A stretch of DNA of 13,807 nt from Candidatus Zixiibacteriota bacterium (GTDB taxonomy: Bacteria > Zixibacteria > MSB-5A5 > CAIYYT01), in assembly GCA_040235515.1 (NCBI GenBank), contig JBECKX010000214.1:1-13807 (forward strand). Reading direction: 5' to 3'. A program made the position numbers and the translations under genes. Under the pieces are notes generated by a model that was not told where the DNA came from, ran no database searches, and saw nothing but the letters and a program-made list of their open reading frames with translations. Below are positions 1 to 8,102 of the stretch, one piece after another (the stretch's first letter is position 1; the number at the start of each line of letters is the position of its first letter).

Positions 1-65
1 CTGGGACGACGGGTCTAATTCGGAAGAGATTTCCGTACGGGATAGGAATGGAGTACCGGCGGCAG

Positions 66-1730
66 CTATCGTGCCGAGGTGAGATCCTCTGCAGACCAGT
101 AGCAGACAAACGCCAGTCGGGAAATTAGGGCATCCGGATCCCGAACTTCGCCCGTAAGGTACTCGGAGTAGTAATCAAAGGAGAGATCGGTACCGTGTTG
201 CCACGAGTCTGCCAGAAAGCTCTGGATCGCGCGGCAGGCGTCGTATAGTCCTGCTAGCAATGTCGGCTGAGGGTTTATCGTATCAACTCTGTCGAGTCCG
301 GCCAGATGATGAAACAGATTGGCTGCTCCGATGCGCGCCATGAGGTAGTCGGCCGATTCGAACAAACTAACTCGGCTGAGGTACAGCTCGCTTTCTGCGT
401 CACTTACCGGGTAAGCATGCAGACGCTCTCGCTGCCGCACAAATTCTCCCCTGGCATCCTCTAACCCGGCAAAGTACTTGTACTCAAACAGGAAATCGGC
501 GCACTCAGCCCTTACGGACAGAAGCTCAGACGTTGACCACAGGCATCTGTCGACCAGTACCAAGCGTCTGAGTTGATCCTCGCCTTTGATTTCTTCAAAG
601 TTGGACTGATAGAAATAATTCCACAGATACACCTTCTCCATCAGGAATGCGAGCATTTCTCGCTCAGCCACTGCCCCCAGGTAGATGAACTCGAACTCTC
701 GCTGAAGAGTGTTGGCATAGTGGAGCGCGTGCCCCATCTCGTGCCAGTAACTATTCTGCGCTGCCATGCCTTCGCCGGGAGTAATCGTAATCCTGATGTC
801 GCTCGTTGACACTGCAAATGTGCTCGAGCGGCGGATCGGATGCGAGTTATCTGCCCAGAAGACAGTTACACTGGAATCCGGTTCAGGAGCGAAGTTGCAT
901 CGGGAAGAGAGTGTATCGTATAACGCTTCAATATTCTGCGGAGTCAGAATCTCGTTAATCTCTGCTGAATGCAGTAGCCGTGGTACGTCGTATGCGCGAA
1001 GAGCATTCGTGTCGATCCCCAGCATCAGCGGCGCTGCACGCTCCATCACGGCAGCTGCAATGCTATCTGTCCGATCCAAGATCTCCTCCGCTGTCACTGC
1101 CAACTGCGCAAAATCGTAGTCGCGCACCTCCTGGTAGTAGGATGTCACGCTCCCGTAATTCAGGCTCATCAACAGCGAATCGAGCCTTTGCAGTTCGACC
1201 TGCTTGACCGCATTAAGGCGTTTGAGCATCGGCAACTGTGAATTGTAAAGCATCTCGCGGCGGTCCCGATTCGATTCTGCTGCTAGAGTTCGTGGGATCT
1301 GCTGAATTGAGATACTGCCACCATCGGGAAGCTCGATCGGTCGTGATGCAATCTCGGCGGCATAGCGGCGCTCCGGCTCAAGGGTAAGATCAATCAACCC
1401 ATCGATCAGGTAGTGGCGTAAACGTCGCACCTGCGTCTCTTCACGGCCCGGCTGAAAACTGTCTTCGATCCGTTGCAGCAGGTCAATGTTCTTGCGGGTG
1501 AAAAGATGCCGCGCCATCTCACGTAATTGCGCGGTGTCGGCAGGGGTCTCACCGATCGCGAGTTGGAAGTCATGCTCAGTTTTGGCTCTGTAGTGCGCAG
1601 CGGCCTCCGCACGAATCGCTATCATCGTTTCCCACTCGCTCTGAGGGATCTTTGCCTGTTTCCCGCAGGAGAACGTGAGCAGTAGCGCACCAAGTATGCC
1701 TGCAATCATGATGGATGTGTATCTGGTCAT
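66..1730 (-). CDS. Putative lipoprotein zinc metallopeptidase, M3 (oligoendopeptidase)-like gluzincin
   Basis: HEMGH zinc motif followed about 20 aa later by a candidate third ligand in EMLAFLME. Start placed at ATG 1730 rather than the ORF-track 1781 because MTRYTSIMIAGILGALLLTFSC gives a basic N-region, a hydrophobic core and a lipobox-like Cys. Confidence 0.7.
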   Translation of the reverse strand: MTRYTSIMIAGILGALLLTFSCGKQAKIPQSEWETMIAIRAEAAAHYRAKTEHDFQLAIGETPADTAQLREMARHLFTRKNIDLLQRIEDSFQPGREETQVRRLRHYLIDGLIDLTLEPERRYAAEIASRPIELPDGGSISIQQIPRTLAAESNRDRREMLYNSQLPMLKRLNAVKQVELQRLDSLLMSLNYGSVTSYYQEVRDYDFAQLAVTAEEILDRTDSIAAAVMERAAPLMLGIDTNALRAYDVPRLLHSAEINEILTPQNIEALYDTLSSRCNFAPEPDSSVTVFWADNSHPIRRSSTFAVSTSDIRITITPGEGMAAQNSYWHEMGHALHYANTLQREFEFIYLGAVAEREMLAFLMEKVYLWNYFYQSNFEEIKGEDQLRRLVLVDRCLWSTSELLSVRAECADFLFEYKYFAGLEDARGEFVRQRERLHAYPVSDAESELYLSRVSLFESADYLMARIGAANLFHHLAGLDRVDTINPQPTLLAGLYDACRAIQSFLADSWQHGTDLSFDYYSEYLTGEVRDPDALISRLAFVCYWSAEDLTSAR

Positions 1731-1830
1731 CGGATTAAGGGATAAGAAATCGTGCGGGGTTTTGCCACAGGAAAAGCGCATGTCACACTCACGACACTGG
1801 TGCGTTTTTACAATTCGTGCGATGCTCTCG

Positions 1831-1854
1831 GTATGGGTGCACCCTGTTGCGCCC
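1831..1854 (+). repeat. Possible degenerate solo REP-like palindrome
   Basis: GTAT-GGGTGCA-ccctgt-TGCGCCC: 7-bp stem with one G-T pair, preceded by a GTAG-like tetranucleotide. Single copy in the window. Confidence 0.3.
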
Positions 1855-1908
1855 GGGCTGACACAGAAGTTTCTCTTGTGCCAACGATACCGGGATATCG
1901 ACCGTTGT

Positions 1909-1969
1909 GTGCCCGCGACCTTGGTCGCGGTCTCAGACGCTTATAAACCGCGACCAAGGTCGCGGCCAC
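1909..1969. repeat. Inverted REP doublet (REPIN/BIME-like)
   Basis: GTGC-CCGCGACCTTGGTCGCGG-T (1909-1931) and its reverse complement at 1947-1969 (minus strand GTGG-CCGCGACCTTGGTCGCGG-T), 22/23 identical, with a 15-nt spacer. Each unit is itself a palindrome. Confidence 0.75.
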
Positions 1970-2022
1970 CCTCAGCGCACGATTACATTGGAATTGTTTA
2001 TTCATCGTCGTGTGTCCAGCAC

Positions 2023-2057
2023 AAAAAAAGCGCGGAAGCGTCATAGGCTCCCGCGCT
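2023..2057 (-). terminator. Rho-independent terminator of the rpsA operon
   Basis: Minus strand AGCGCGGGAGC-ctatgac-GCTTCCGCGC followed by T7, about 40 nt after the rpsA stop. Confidence 0.9.
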
Positions 2058-2095
2058 CTATCTATCGAATCAGATCGACTGCGTCAGTCAGCGAC

Positions 2096-4171
2096 TCACG
2101 AAGCCTTCTCTTCGTCGTCTGATGATTCCTCGGCGTTGTCGTCAGCATCGTCGGAAGCGCCAGCATCGGCATCGGCATCAGCCTTAGCCTCATCCGGCTC
2201 GGCAGCTGCCACCGCTACGACGCCACCCGCCTGCACGCCAGCTTCCTGGAGCGCATCGGCCATCGGTGTAGTCGTTTCCTGACGCTTCTTGACGTAATTG
2301 TCAACGACATCTTCCTCTTTGCCCTTCATGTAAGCATCGACCGAAAGGACGATCTTGCGCTGTGTCTGATCGAACTCGATCACCTTGAGCGGAATCTCGT
2401 CGCCTTCATGGAAAGCGTCGGAAGGACGAACCAGATCCGGCACCCCAAGCTCGTTGGTGGAAACGAAGCCTTCGACTTCATTGCCAAGCTCGACGATTAC
2501 GCCGCGATCAAGCACGCGGGTGATCACCCCGACGCACTCGGAACCAACGCCATACTTGACGGCGTAGGCCGGCCACGGATCATCGAAGAGTTGCTTGTAG
2601 CCGAGTGAGATTCTGCGGTTGTCACGATCGATTTTGAGGACGATCACATCAACCTCTTCACCCTTCTTCATCACTTCAGACGGATGCTGGATGCGACGAT
2701 TCCATGACATATCGGAAATATGCACCAGGCCGTCGATTCCTTCCTCCAGCTCAATGAAAGCACCGAAGGTGGTCAGGTTACGAACCTTGCCGGTGACCTT
2801 GGAGCCGATCGGATACTTCTGGTCAAGCACCGTCCACGGATCGGGCTCCATCTGCTTGATACCGAGAGAAATCTTCTCGTTCTCTTTGTCAACCGCCAGC
2901 ACGACAGCTTCGATCTCGTCGTTGACATTCATCAGCTTGGAAGGATGCTTGATGTGCTGTGTCCAGCTCATTTCGCTGATATGAATCAGACCCTCGATAC
3001 CCTTCTCGAGTTCGACGAAGGCACCGTAGTCGGTGAGTGAAACCACCTTGCCGGTGACTTTGTTGCCGACAGGGTATTTCTCTTCGATGTTCTCCCACGG
3101 GTACTCGGTAAGCTGCTTCATGCCGAGCGAGATACGACCACTCTCTTTGTCGAAATCGAGGATCTTCACTTCGATCGTGTCTCCGAGCGACACCAATTCG
3201 GACGGGTGCGCTATACGTCCCCAGGACATGTCAGTGATATGCAACAGTCCGTCGAGACCGCCGAGGTCGATGAAGACACCGAAGTCGGTGATATTCTTCA
3301 CGACGCCCTCGCGAATCTGACCCTGCTCGATCTCCTCGAGCAGCTTCTTGCGCATCTCCTCGCGCTCCTGCTCAAGGACAACGCGGCGTGACACGACGAT
3401 ATTGCGACGGCTCTTGTTGAGCTTGATGATCTTGACATCCATCTCCTGGCCGATCAATTCGTCGAAATCAGGAACCTGGCGCAGCGCGATCTGCGAGCCC
3501 GGCAGGAAGGCATCGACTCCGAAGAGATCGACGACGATACCGCCCTTGATACGGCGCTGCAGACGACCCTTGACCAGATCGCCGGCGTCGTGGGATTCGC
3601 GAATGCGGTCCCAAACGCGCATGAAATCGGCCTTCTGCTTTGACAGGATCAACTGACCGTTCTGGTCCTCGACTGACTCGAGGAACACTTCCACCTCGTC
3701 TCCGACCTTCACTTCGGTCACATCGGAAAACTCGTGTGCCGAGATGATTCCTTCGGACTTGAAGCCGACATCGACGATCACATCCTCGCGGGTGATATCA
3801 AGGACACGGCCCTTGACGATTTCACCCTCGCGGATATCCTGGAGCGTTTCCTCGTACATATTGAGCATCTTTTCATACTCATGCTCCGAGTACTCCATAT
3901 CATCCAGATCGGTTTGCTTGATCGGCTCGACCGCTTCAACGACGGCGGGCTGTCCGGAACGCTTCTGCATGCGCTCCTGAATGCGACGTTTGCGGTCGGT
4001 GGTGACACCCTCGACGCCCGCGGCGCGTTCTGTGATCATCGAGGTGCCTTTTTCTTCGGCCTTGCTCAACTTCTTTTCGGACTGTGTTCTCTTCTGCAGT
4101 CTCTTTGAGGAAGCCTTCTCACCTCCATTGTCAGTGGTTGTACTGGTTTCGGTAGTGGTTTCTTCAGTCAT
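2096..4171 (-). CDS. rpsA: 30S ribosomal protein S1 (six S1 domains) with N- and C-terminal extensions
   Basis: Repeated S1 motifs (VDVGFKSEG, AFLPGSQI, VKNITDFGVFIDLGGLDGLLHITDMSW, TDYGAFVELEKGIEGLIHISEMSW, FGAFIELEEGIDGLVHISDMSW); downstream of cmk; strong SD. Confidence 0.98.
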   Translation of the reverse strand: MTEETTTETSTTTDNGGEKASSKRLQKRTQSEKKLSKAEEKGTSMITERAAGVEGVTTDRKRRIQERMQKRSGQPAVVEAVEPIKQTDLDDMEYSEHEYEKMLNMYEETLQDIREGEIVKGRVLDITREDVIVDVGFKSEGIISAHEFSDVTEVKVGDEVEVFLESVEDQNGQLILSKQKADFMRVWDRIRESHDAGDLVKGRLQRRIKGGIVVDLFGVDAFLPGSQIALRQVPDFDELIGQEMDVKIIKLNKSRRNIVVSRRVVLEQEREEMRKKLLEEIEQGQIREGVVKNITDFGVFIDLGGLDGLLHITDMSWGRIAHPSELVSLGDTIEVKILDFDKESGRISLGMKQLTEYPWENIEEKYPVGNKVTGKVVSLTDYGAFVELEKGIEGLIHISEMSWTQHIKHPSKLMNVNDEIEAVVLAVDKENEKISLGIKQMEPDPWTVLDQKYPIGSKVTGKVRNLTTFGAFIELEEGIDGLVHISDMSWNRRIQHPSEVMKKGEEVDVIVLKIDRDNRRISLGYKQLFDDPWPAYAVKYGVGSECVGVITRVLDRGVIVELGNEVEGFVSTNELGVPDLVRPSDAFHEGDEIPLKVIEFDQTQRKIVLSVDAYMKGKEEDVVDNYVKKRQETTTPMADALQEAGVQAGGVVAVAAAEPDEAKADADADAGASDDADDNAEESSDDEEKAS

Positions 4172-4180
4172 TAAACTGAA

Positions 4181-4188
4181 TCCTCCTT
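4181..4188 (-). promoter_or_regulatory. Shine-Dalgarno sequence of rpsA
   Basis: Minus strand AAGGAGGA ending 9 nt before the ATG at 4171. Confidence 0.8.
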
Positions 4189-4254
4189 ACGGTAAGCGCT
4201 AACCCTTCCGGGCTGTTTGTATTAAAGTAAAATTCAATTCTCATAGTCATATCT

Positions 4255-4869
4255 TCAGGTCAGTTCCAACTCGGCTTTGAGGTTCCTGATTTCCTCCATT
4301 ACGGCAAGCGAGAACTGATCCATCCGCTCGTGCTTGTCAGACAGATCGCTGAAATCGGCGATACTCATCGGTTTGCCGAATCCAACCCTGAGTTTCGCGC
4401 GCCCCCAGAAAACATCTTTCAGCCGATGCGATCCTGTAATCGCCGTCGGAACCACCGGGGCGTTCGTGGCTTCCGCCAGTCGCCCCATCCCCGGCTTCGG
4501 CGGCTGCACCTCACCATCGAGCGAGCGCGTGCCTTCCGGGAAGAAGATCAGAATATCGCCACGCTTGAGGATATTGCGCGCGGTGCGCCACGCCTCAAGA
4601 TCAGCCTCGCCGCGACGTGCCGGGAAGGCATTGACCGATTTAAGAAAGGCTCCGATGAAACGATTCTTGAACAATTCTATCTTCGCAAAGTAATACGCAC
4701 CACGCTTGATCGATGAACCGATCAGTGGCGGGTCGTAGTTCGACAGATGATTCGACGCGATCAGAACCGGACCAGCCGGTATGTTTTCACGTCCGAATAC
4801 TTTCCAGCGAAATAGAATCTTAGCGGTGATTGGAATGAGAATTTGAGCAATGCGATATTGAAGACTCAA
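4255..4869 (-). CDS. plsC: 1-acyl-sn-glycerol-3-phosphate acyltransferase (lysophospholipid acyltransferase)
   Basis: NHLSNYD (HX4D catalytic motif), FAKIELF, FFPEGTRS; TTG start overlaps the cmk stop (TTGA). Confidence 0.9.
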   Translation of the reverse strand: MSLQYRIAQILIPITAKILFRWKVFGRENIPAGPVLIASNHLSNYDPPLIGSSIKRGAYYFAKIELFKNRFIGAFLKSVNAFPARRGEADLEAWRTARNILKRGDILIFFPEGTRSLDGEVQPPKPGMGRLAEATNAPVVPTAITGSHRLKDVFWGRAKLRVGFGKPMSIADFSDLSDKHERMDQFSLAVMEEIRNLKAELELT

Positions 4870-5540
4870 ACAGCAGCAACCTGATAGGCAAGATCTACGA
4901 TCTTTTGCACCTGTTCGTCAATGGTTAAGTTTGTTGTGTCAACTTCTATCGCCCCATCCACCTTGGTCAGAGGCGAAGCTCTTCTCGACGAATCGGCTTG
5001 ATCCCGTTTCGCTAAAAGTTCGACTTGCTCATCGAGCGAGGACTCCACACCCAGTTGTTGCAGGTCCTTCTGCCGCCGCAAAGCGCGAGCCTTGACGTCG
5101 GCGACCAAAAATATTTTCAAATCGGCGTCCGGAAAGACAACCGATGTCGTGTCTCTGCCTTCGGCGACGATGCCGCCTTCTCTGCCGAACTCCTTCTGGC
5201 GCTCAACCAGGATCTCGCGAACCTGCGGTTGCGCCGAAACCGGCGACGTGCCCTTCGTCACTTCCGGAGTACGGATCGCCTCGCTGACATCCTCGTCATC
5301 CATCAACACCCGCTGTGGATCGAAGCTGCTGTCGAAACGAATTTTCAACTTGCGGGTCAACTCCGCAAGCCTGTCACCGTCATTGAGATCGACACCCGCT
5401 CGGATTGCCTTGAGTGTCACAGCGCGGTACATAGCACCGGTATCAAGGTAAGTCAATCCCAGTTTCTTCGCGACAGATCTGGCCGTGGAACTCTTTCCTG
5501 CTCCGGCGGGTCCATCTATCGCTATGACCAGTTTCGACAT
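4866..5540 (-). CDS. cmk: Cytidylate kinase
   Basis: IAIDGPAGAGKSS P-loop, YLDTGAMYRAV, EGRD, VVFPDADLKIFL, RDQADSSR. Start placed at ATG 5540 (MSKLVIAIDG); the ORF track extends to 5576. Confidence 0.96.
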   Translation of the reverse strand: MSKLVIAIDGPAGAGKSSTARSVAKKLGLTYLDTGAMYRAVTLKAIRAGVDLNDGDRLAELTRKLKIRFDSSFDPQRVLMDDEDVSEAIRTPEVTKGTSPVSAQPQVREILVERQKEFGREGGIVAEGRDTTSVVFPDADLKIFLVADVKARALRRQKDLQQLGVESSLDEQVELLAKRDQADSSRRASPLTKVDGAIEVDTTNLTIDEQVQKIVDLAYQVAAV

Positions 5541-5651
5541 ACTCAGCGACATCGCTCGCTTCGACTCAAGCGCCAATCAATCCGGTTAACAAAGTCCTTC
5601 AAACAGGCCAATCTCAATTGCCAGCGTACCTGATTCAGGCACAGGTTTTTG

Positions 5652-5680
5652 AATATAGTCAGGGATTTCAATCGGAGCAA
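5652..5680 (-). promoter_or_regulatory. Putative sigma70 promoter for cmk-plsC-rpsA
   Basis: Minus strand TTGCTC-17 nt-TATATT in the rluB-cmk intergenic region. Confidence 0.55.
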
Positions 5681-5732
5681 GGAAAATCGATGGAATGACA
5701 ACCAGTTGAGCGCTTCTACCTGAAGAAATCTC

Positions 5733-6452
5733 CTAGAGGATTCCGACCGATTTTTTCAATTCCTTGATCTCTTGTTCGGTCAGGTAGCGCCACTCCCCCG
5801 GCGGCAATTTGCCGAGGCTGACATTGCCGAACTGCAACCGCTGCAATACCAGGACGGCGTAGCCCAACGCCTTGCACATCTGCCGAATCTCCCGCTTACG
5901 CCCTTCGCGCAGAATGATTTGCAGTTCGGTCACGTGGCTGTCGCCGCGCACCACTTTTGCCTCCGCATGGCCGATATGACCATCCTCCAGCTCAATGCCG
6001 GATGAGAACTTGCCCAGATCGAGCGGCTCGACCTGGCCTTTGATCACCACCCGGTAAGTCTTTGCGATCTCGTACCTTGGATGTGTCAGACGGAAAGCGA
6101 GTTCGCCGTCATTCGTCAGCAACAGGAGTCCTTCCGAATCTTGATCGAGCCTGCCGACATGGTTCACGCGCGTTTTCAACCCGCGCAACAGTGATCGGAT
6201 CGTCTCCCGACCGCGATCATCTTTGGCGGTCACCAGGATTCCGGCCGGCTTGTTCAAGGCGATATAGGTCTGCTCCTGTGGGAGCATCACCAGGTTGCCA
6301 TCGACCTCAACTTTGTCAAACTCTTCATCGACGATGACACCGAGTTCCGAAATCGTCTGACCATTGATTTTCACCCGACCCTCGGCGATGATTTCATCAG
6401 CGCGACGGCGGGATGCAATGCCGCAGTGGGCCAGGAACTTATTGAGTCTCAT
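5733..6452 (-). CDS. rluB: RsuA/RluB-family rRNA pseudouridine synthase
   Basis: N-terminal S4 domain (RLNKFLAHCGIASRRRADEII), LNKPAG, catalytic VGRLDQDSEGLLLLTNDG, EGRKREIRQM; classical position after scpAB. The exact paralog assignment is from context. Confidence 0.88.
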   Translation of the reverse strand: MRLNKFLAHCGIASRRRADEIIAEGRVKINGQTISELGVIVDEEFDKVEVDGNLVMLPQEQTYIALNKPAGILVTAKDDRGRETIRSLLRGLKTRVNHVGRLDQDSEGLLLLTNDGELAFRLTHPRYEIAKTYRVVIKGQVEPLDLGKFSSGIELEDGHIGHAEAKVVRGDSHVTELQIILREGRKREIRQMCKALGYAVLVLQRLQFGNVSLGKLPPGEWRYLTEQEIKELKKSVGIL

Positions 6453-6499
6453 TTGTTCTCTCTGGGGATTATCGCTTGCCCGAGCGGCTGCGATCGGGT

Positions 6500-7348
6500 C
6501 TAATCGTCGTCGTCTTCGTCGTCGGGGTCGTCAGAATCGTATTCCGCGTCGTACTCATCCTCGAGGTCTTCCGCAGCCTCGGCAGCTGCCGGAGTCTTTA
6601 CACCGGCATCTTCCGCAATATCCTCTTCTTCTTCGCCAGCTGACTCTGCCGTCTCAATCTCATCCAGTTCATCGACCTGTTCATCCCCGAGGTCGTCACC
6701 GCCAGCGCTCGCACCCGCTACTCCGGTTCGCGCTGCGGCATCAGAGAATTCCTTGAACTCCAGATTTGACTGCTTTTGATTCTCAGTTTCCTTCTTAGGA
6801 AGGACCTCTGAGAGCTTCGGCAACTGGCTGAGATCGGCTATCCCGAAGTACTCCAGGAACTTGGGAGCGGTTGCATAGAGCAACGGTTTGCCGATTCTGT
6901 CAGCCCGCCCTGCCGGCTTGATCAGCTTTCTCTCGAGCAGCGTCGCAACGACGCCATCAGATGAGACGCCACGAATCTGTTCGATCTCACCTTTAGTGAT
7001 CGGTTGTTTGTAGGCAATGATCGCCAGAGTCTCCAGGCCGGCCGGAGTGAGGCGACGTTCGCGCTCGACCGAGAAGTACTTCTCAACGGATGAAGCGTAA
7101 TCGGCGAGGAGGTAAAACTGGAACCCTCCGCCGATCTCACGGATACGGAAGGAGCGATTGTCCGCTTCATAGCGTTCATTCAGATGATCGACGATGCTCT
7201 TGATTCCACCCTTGTGGCGCGACTTGATCACCTTCTTCAGTTCGGTCAACGGCAATGGCTGCGGCGAGGAGAACAACACTGCCTCGATCAGATTGACCTC
7301 TTCATCAGTATAATTCACCGTCTTCGGATCAGTCGATTCGGACGACAT
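6500..7348 (-). CDS. scpB: SMC-Scp complex subunit ScpB with long acidic C-terminal tail
   Basis: IEAVLFSS, LETLAIIAYKQPITKGEIEQIRGVSS, GKPLLYAT..FLEYFGIADLSQLP. Start placed at ATG 7348 preceded by GGAGAG; the ORF-track extension to 7429 lies inside scpA. Confidence 0.95.
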   Translation of the reverse strand: MSSESTDPKTVNYTDEEVNLIEAVLFSSPQPLPLTELKKVIKSRHKGGIKSIVDHLNERYEADNRSFRIREIGGGFQFYLLADYASSVEKYFSVERERRLTPAGLETLAIIAYKQPITKGEIEQIRGVSSDGVVATLLERKLIKPAGRADRIGKPLLYATAPKFLEYFGIADLSQLPKLSEVLPKKETENQKQSNLEFKEFSDAAARTGVAGASAGGDDLGDEQVDELDEIETAESAGEEEEDIAEDAGVKTPAAAEAAEDLEDEYDAEYDSDDPDDEDDDD

Positions 7349-8102
7349 AAATCTCTCCAAAATGTTGGTGTTGCTTTGCGGATATCCGCTGCAGCTTGAC
7401 CAACTCCAATAGTGCCAAAAATGTAACAACGTAGTAAATCCGCTGTTGGTTGGCTTCCACGAGTTTGGTTAGTGAAGTCTCCGACCCCACGTCGAGGACT
7501 GACAGGATATAATTCACCTGGTCCTCGATCGTCAGCTCGAAATTGGAAACCTCATGCTTCGGTTGATCTGCCGCGCTCTTCATGATGTCATGGAACGCCC
7601 TTACGAGGTCATAGAGCGTGGCATCGATCGTAAAAGTCTCCTGCACGGAAGGACTCAGGTAAGAGAAATCACCGCGCTTCAAGATCTGGCGTTCCTTGAC
7701 TTCCATGATCGCCATTTTCTCGGACGCTTCCTTGAACCGCTTGTACTCGAGCAGAGCCATGATCAGCTCTTCGCGCGGATCCTCATCTTCACCCTCTTCA
7801 CCCGCATGACGCGGCATCAGGAGACGGGCTTTGATCCGCAGCAAGGTAGCCGCCATAAGCAGGTACTCCCCTGCGACCTCAAGATTGAGCGCCTGCATCA
7901 TCTCGACATACTCGAGGTATTGCCCGGTGATCTTCGCGACCGGGATATCGTAAATGTCGATTTCCTGGTTTCGGATCAGGTAGAGTAACAGATCCAGCGG
8001 GCCCTCGAAGCCATCGATCTTGACTGGAAACGATTGTTCCTCGGTGAGCGGTTCGATATCGTCGTAGAAGTTTTCTTGTGTCATTAGCTCTCGGTTCGTC
8101 AC
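7329..8102 (-). CDS. scpA: Segregation and condensation protein A (kleisin)
   Basis: FEGPLDLLLYLI, EYLLMAATLLRIKARLLMP, DPREEL, VVTFLALLELVK. Start is GTG 8102 (overlapping the trpS TAG) or ATG 8084. Confidence 0.95.
   Translation of the reverse strand: MTNRELMTQENFYDDIEPLTEEQSFPVKIDGFEGPLDLLLYLIRNQEIDIYDIPVAKITGQYLEYVEMMQALNLEVAGEYLLMAATLLRIKARLLMPRHAGEEGEDEDPREELIMALLEYKRFKEASEKMAIMEVKERQILKRGDFSYLSPSVQETFTIDATLYDLVRAFHDIMKSAADQPKHEVSNFELTIEDQVNYILSVLDVGSETSLTKLVEANQQRIYYVVTFLALLELVKLQRISAKQHQHFGEIYVVRID

Noticed and set aside
1..82. Possible 3' end of a convergent plus-strand gene
   Set aside because: Too short to choose a frame or assign a product.
1752..1768. Sigma54-like TGGCA...GC upstream of the peptidase (minus strand)
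   Set aside because: GG-to-GC spacing is 9 nt rather than the required 10.
1655..1781. FSCGK occurs twice in the long ORF translation (MRFSCGKT and LTFSCGKQ)
   Set aside because: The codons differ at several positions and the first copy is upstream of the likely start; probably chance.
1909..1969. Possible CRISPR mini-array
   Set aside because: Only two units, inverted rather than direct, a 15-nt spacer, and no cas genes.
1675..2122. Short ORFs crossing the REP/terminator intergenic region
   Set aside because: No protein-like features or SD, and they read through palindromes and the terminator.
2163..2180. GCATCG-like hexamer x3 in the rpsA 3' end
   Set aside because: Simply encodes the Asp-Ala low-complexity tail; in frame, not a phase-variation tract.
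6500..8102. scpA-scpB without adjacent smc (possible Wadjet/Mks-type system)
   Set aside because: Sequences are canonical ScpA/ScpB in the ordinary trpS-scpAB-rluB context, smc is commonly unlinked, and no JetC/JetD-like gene is present.
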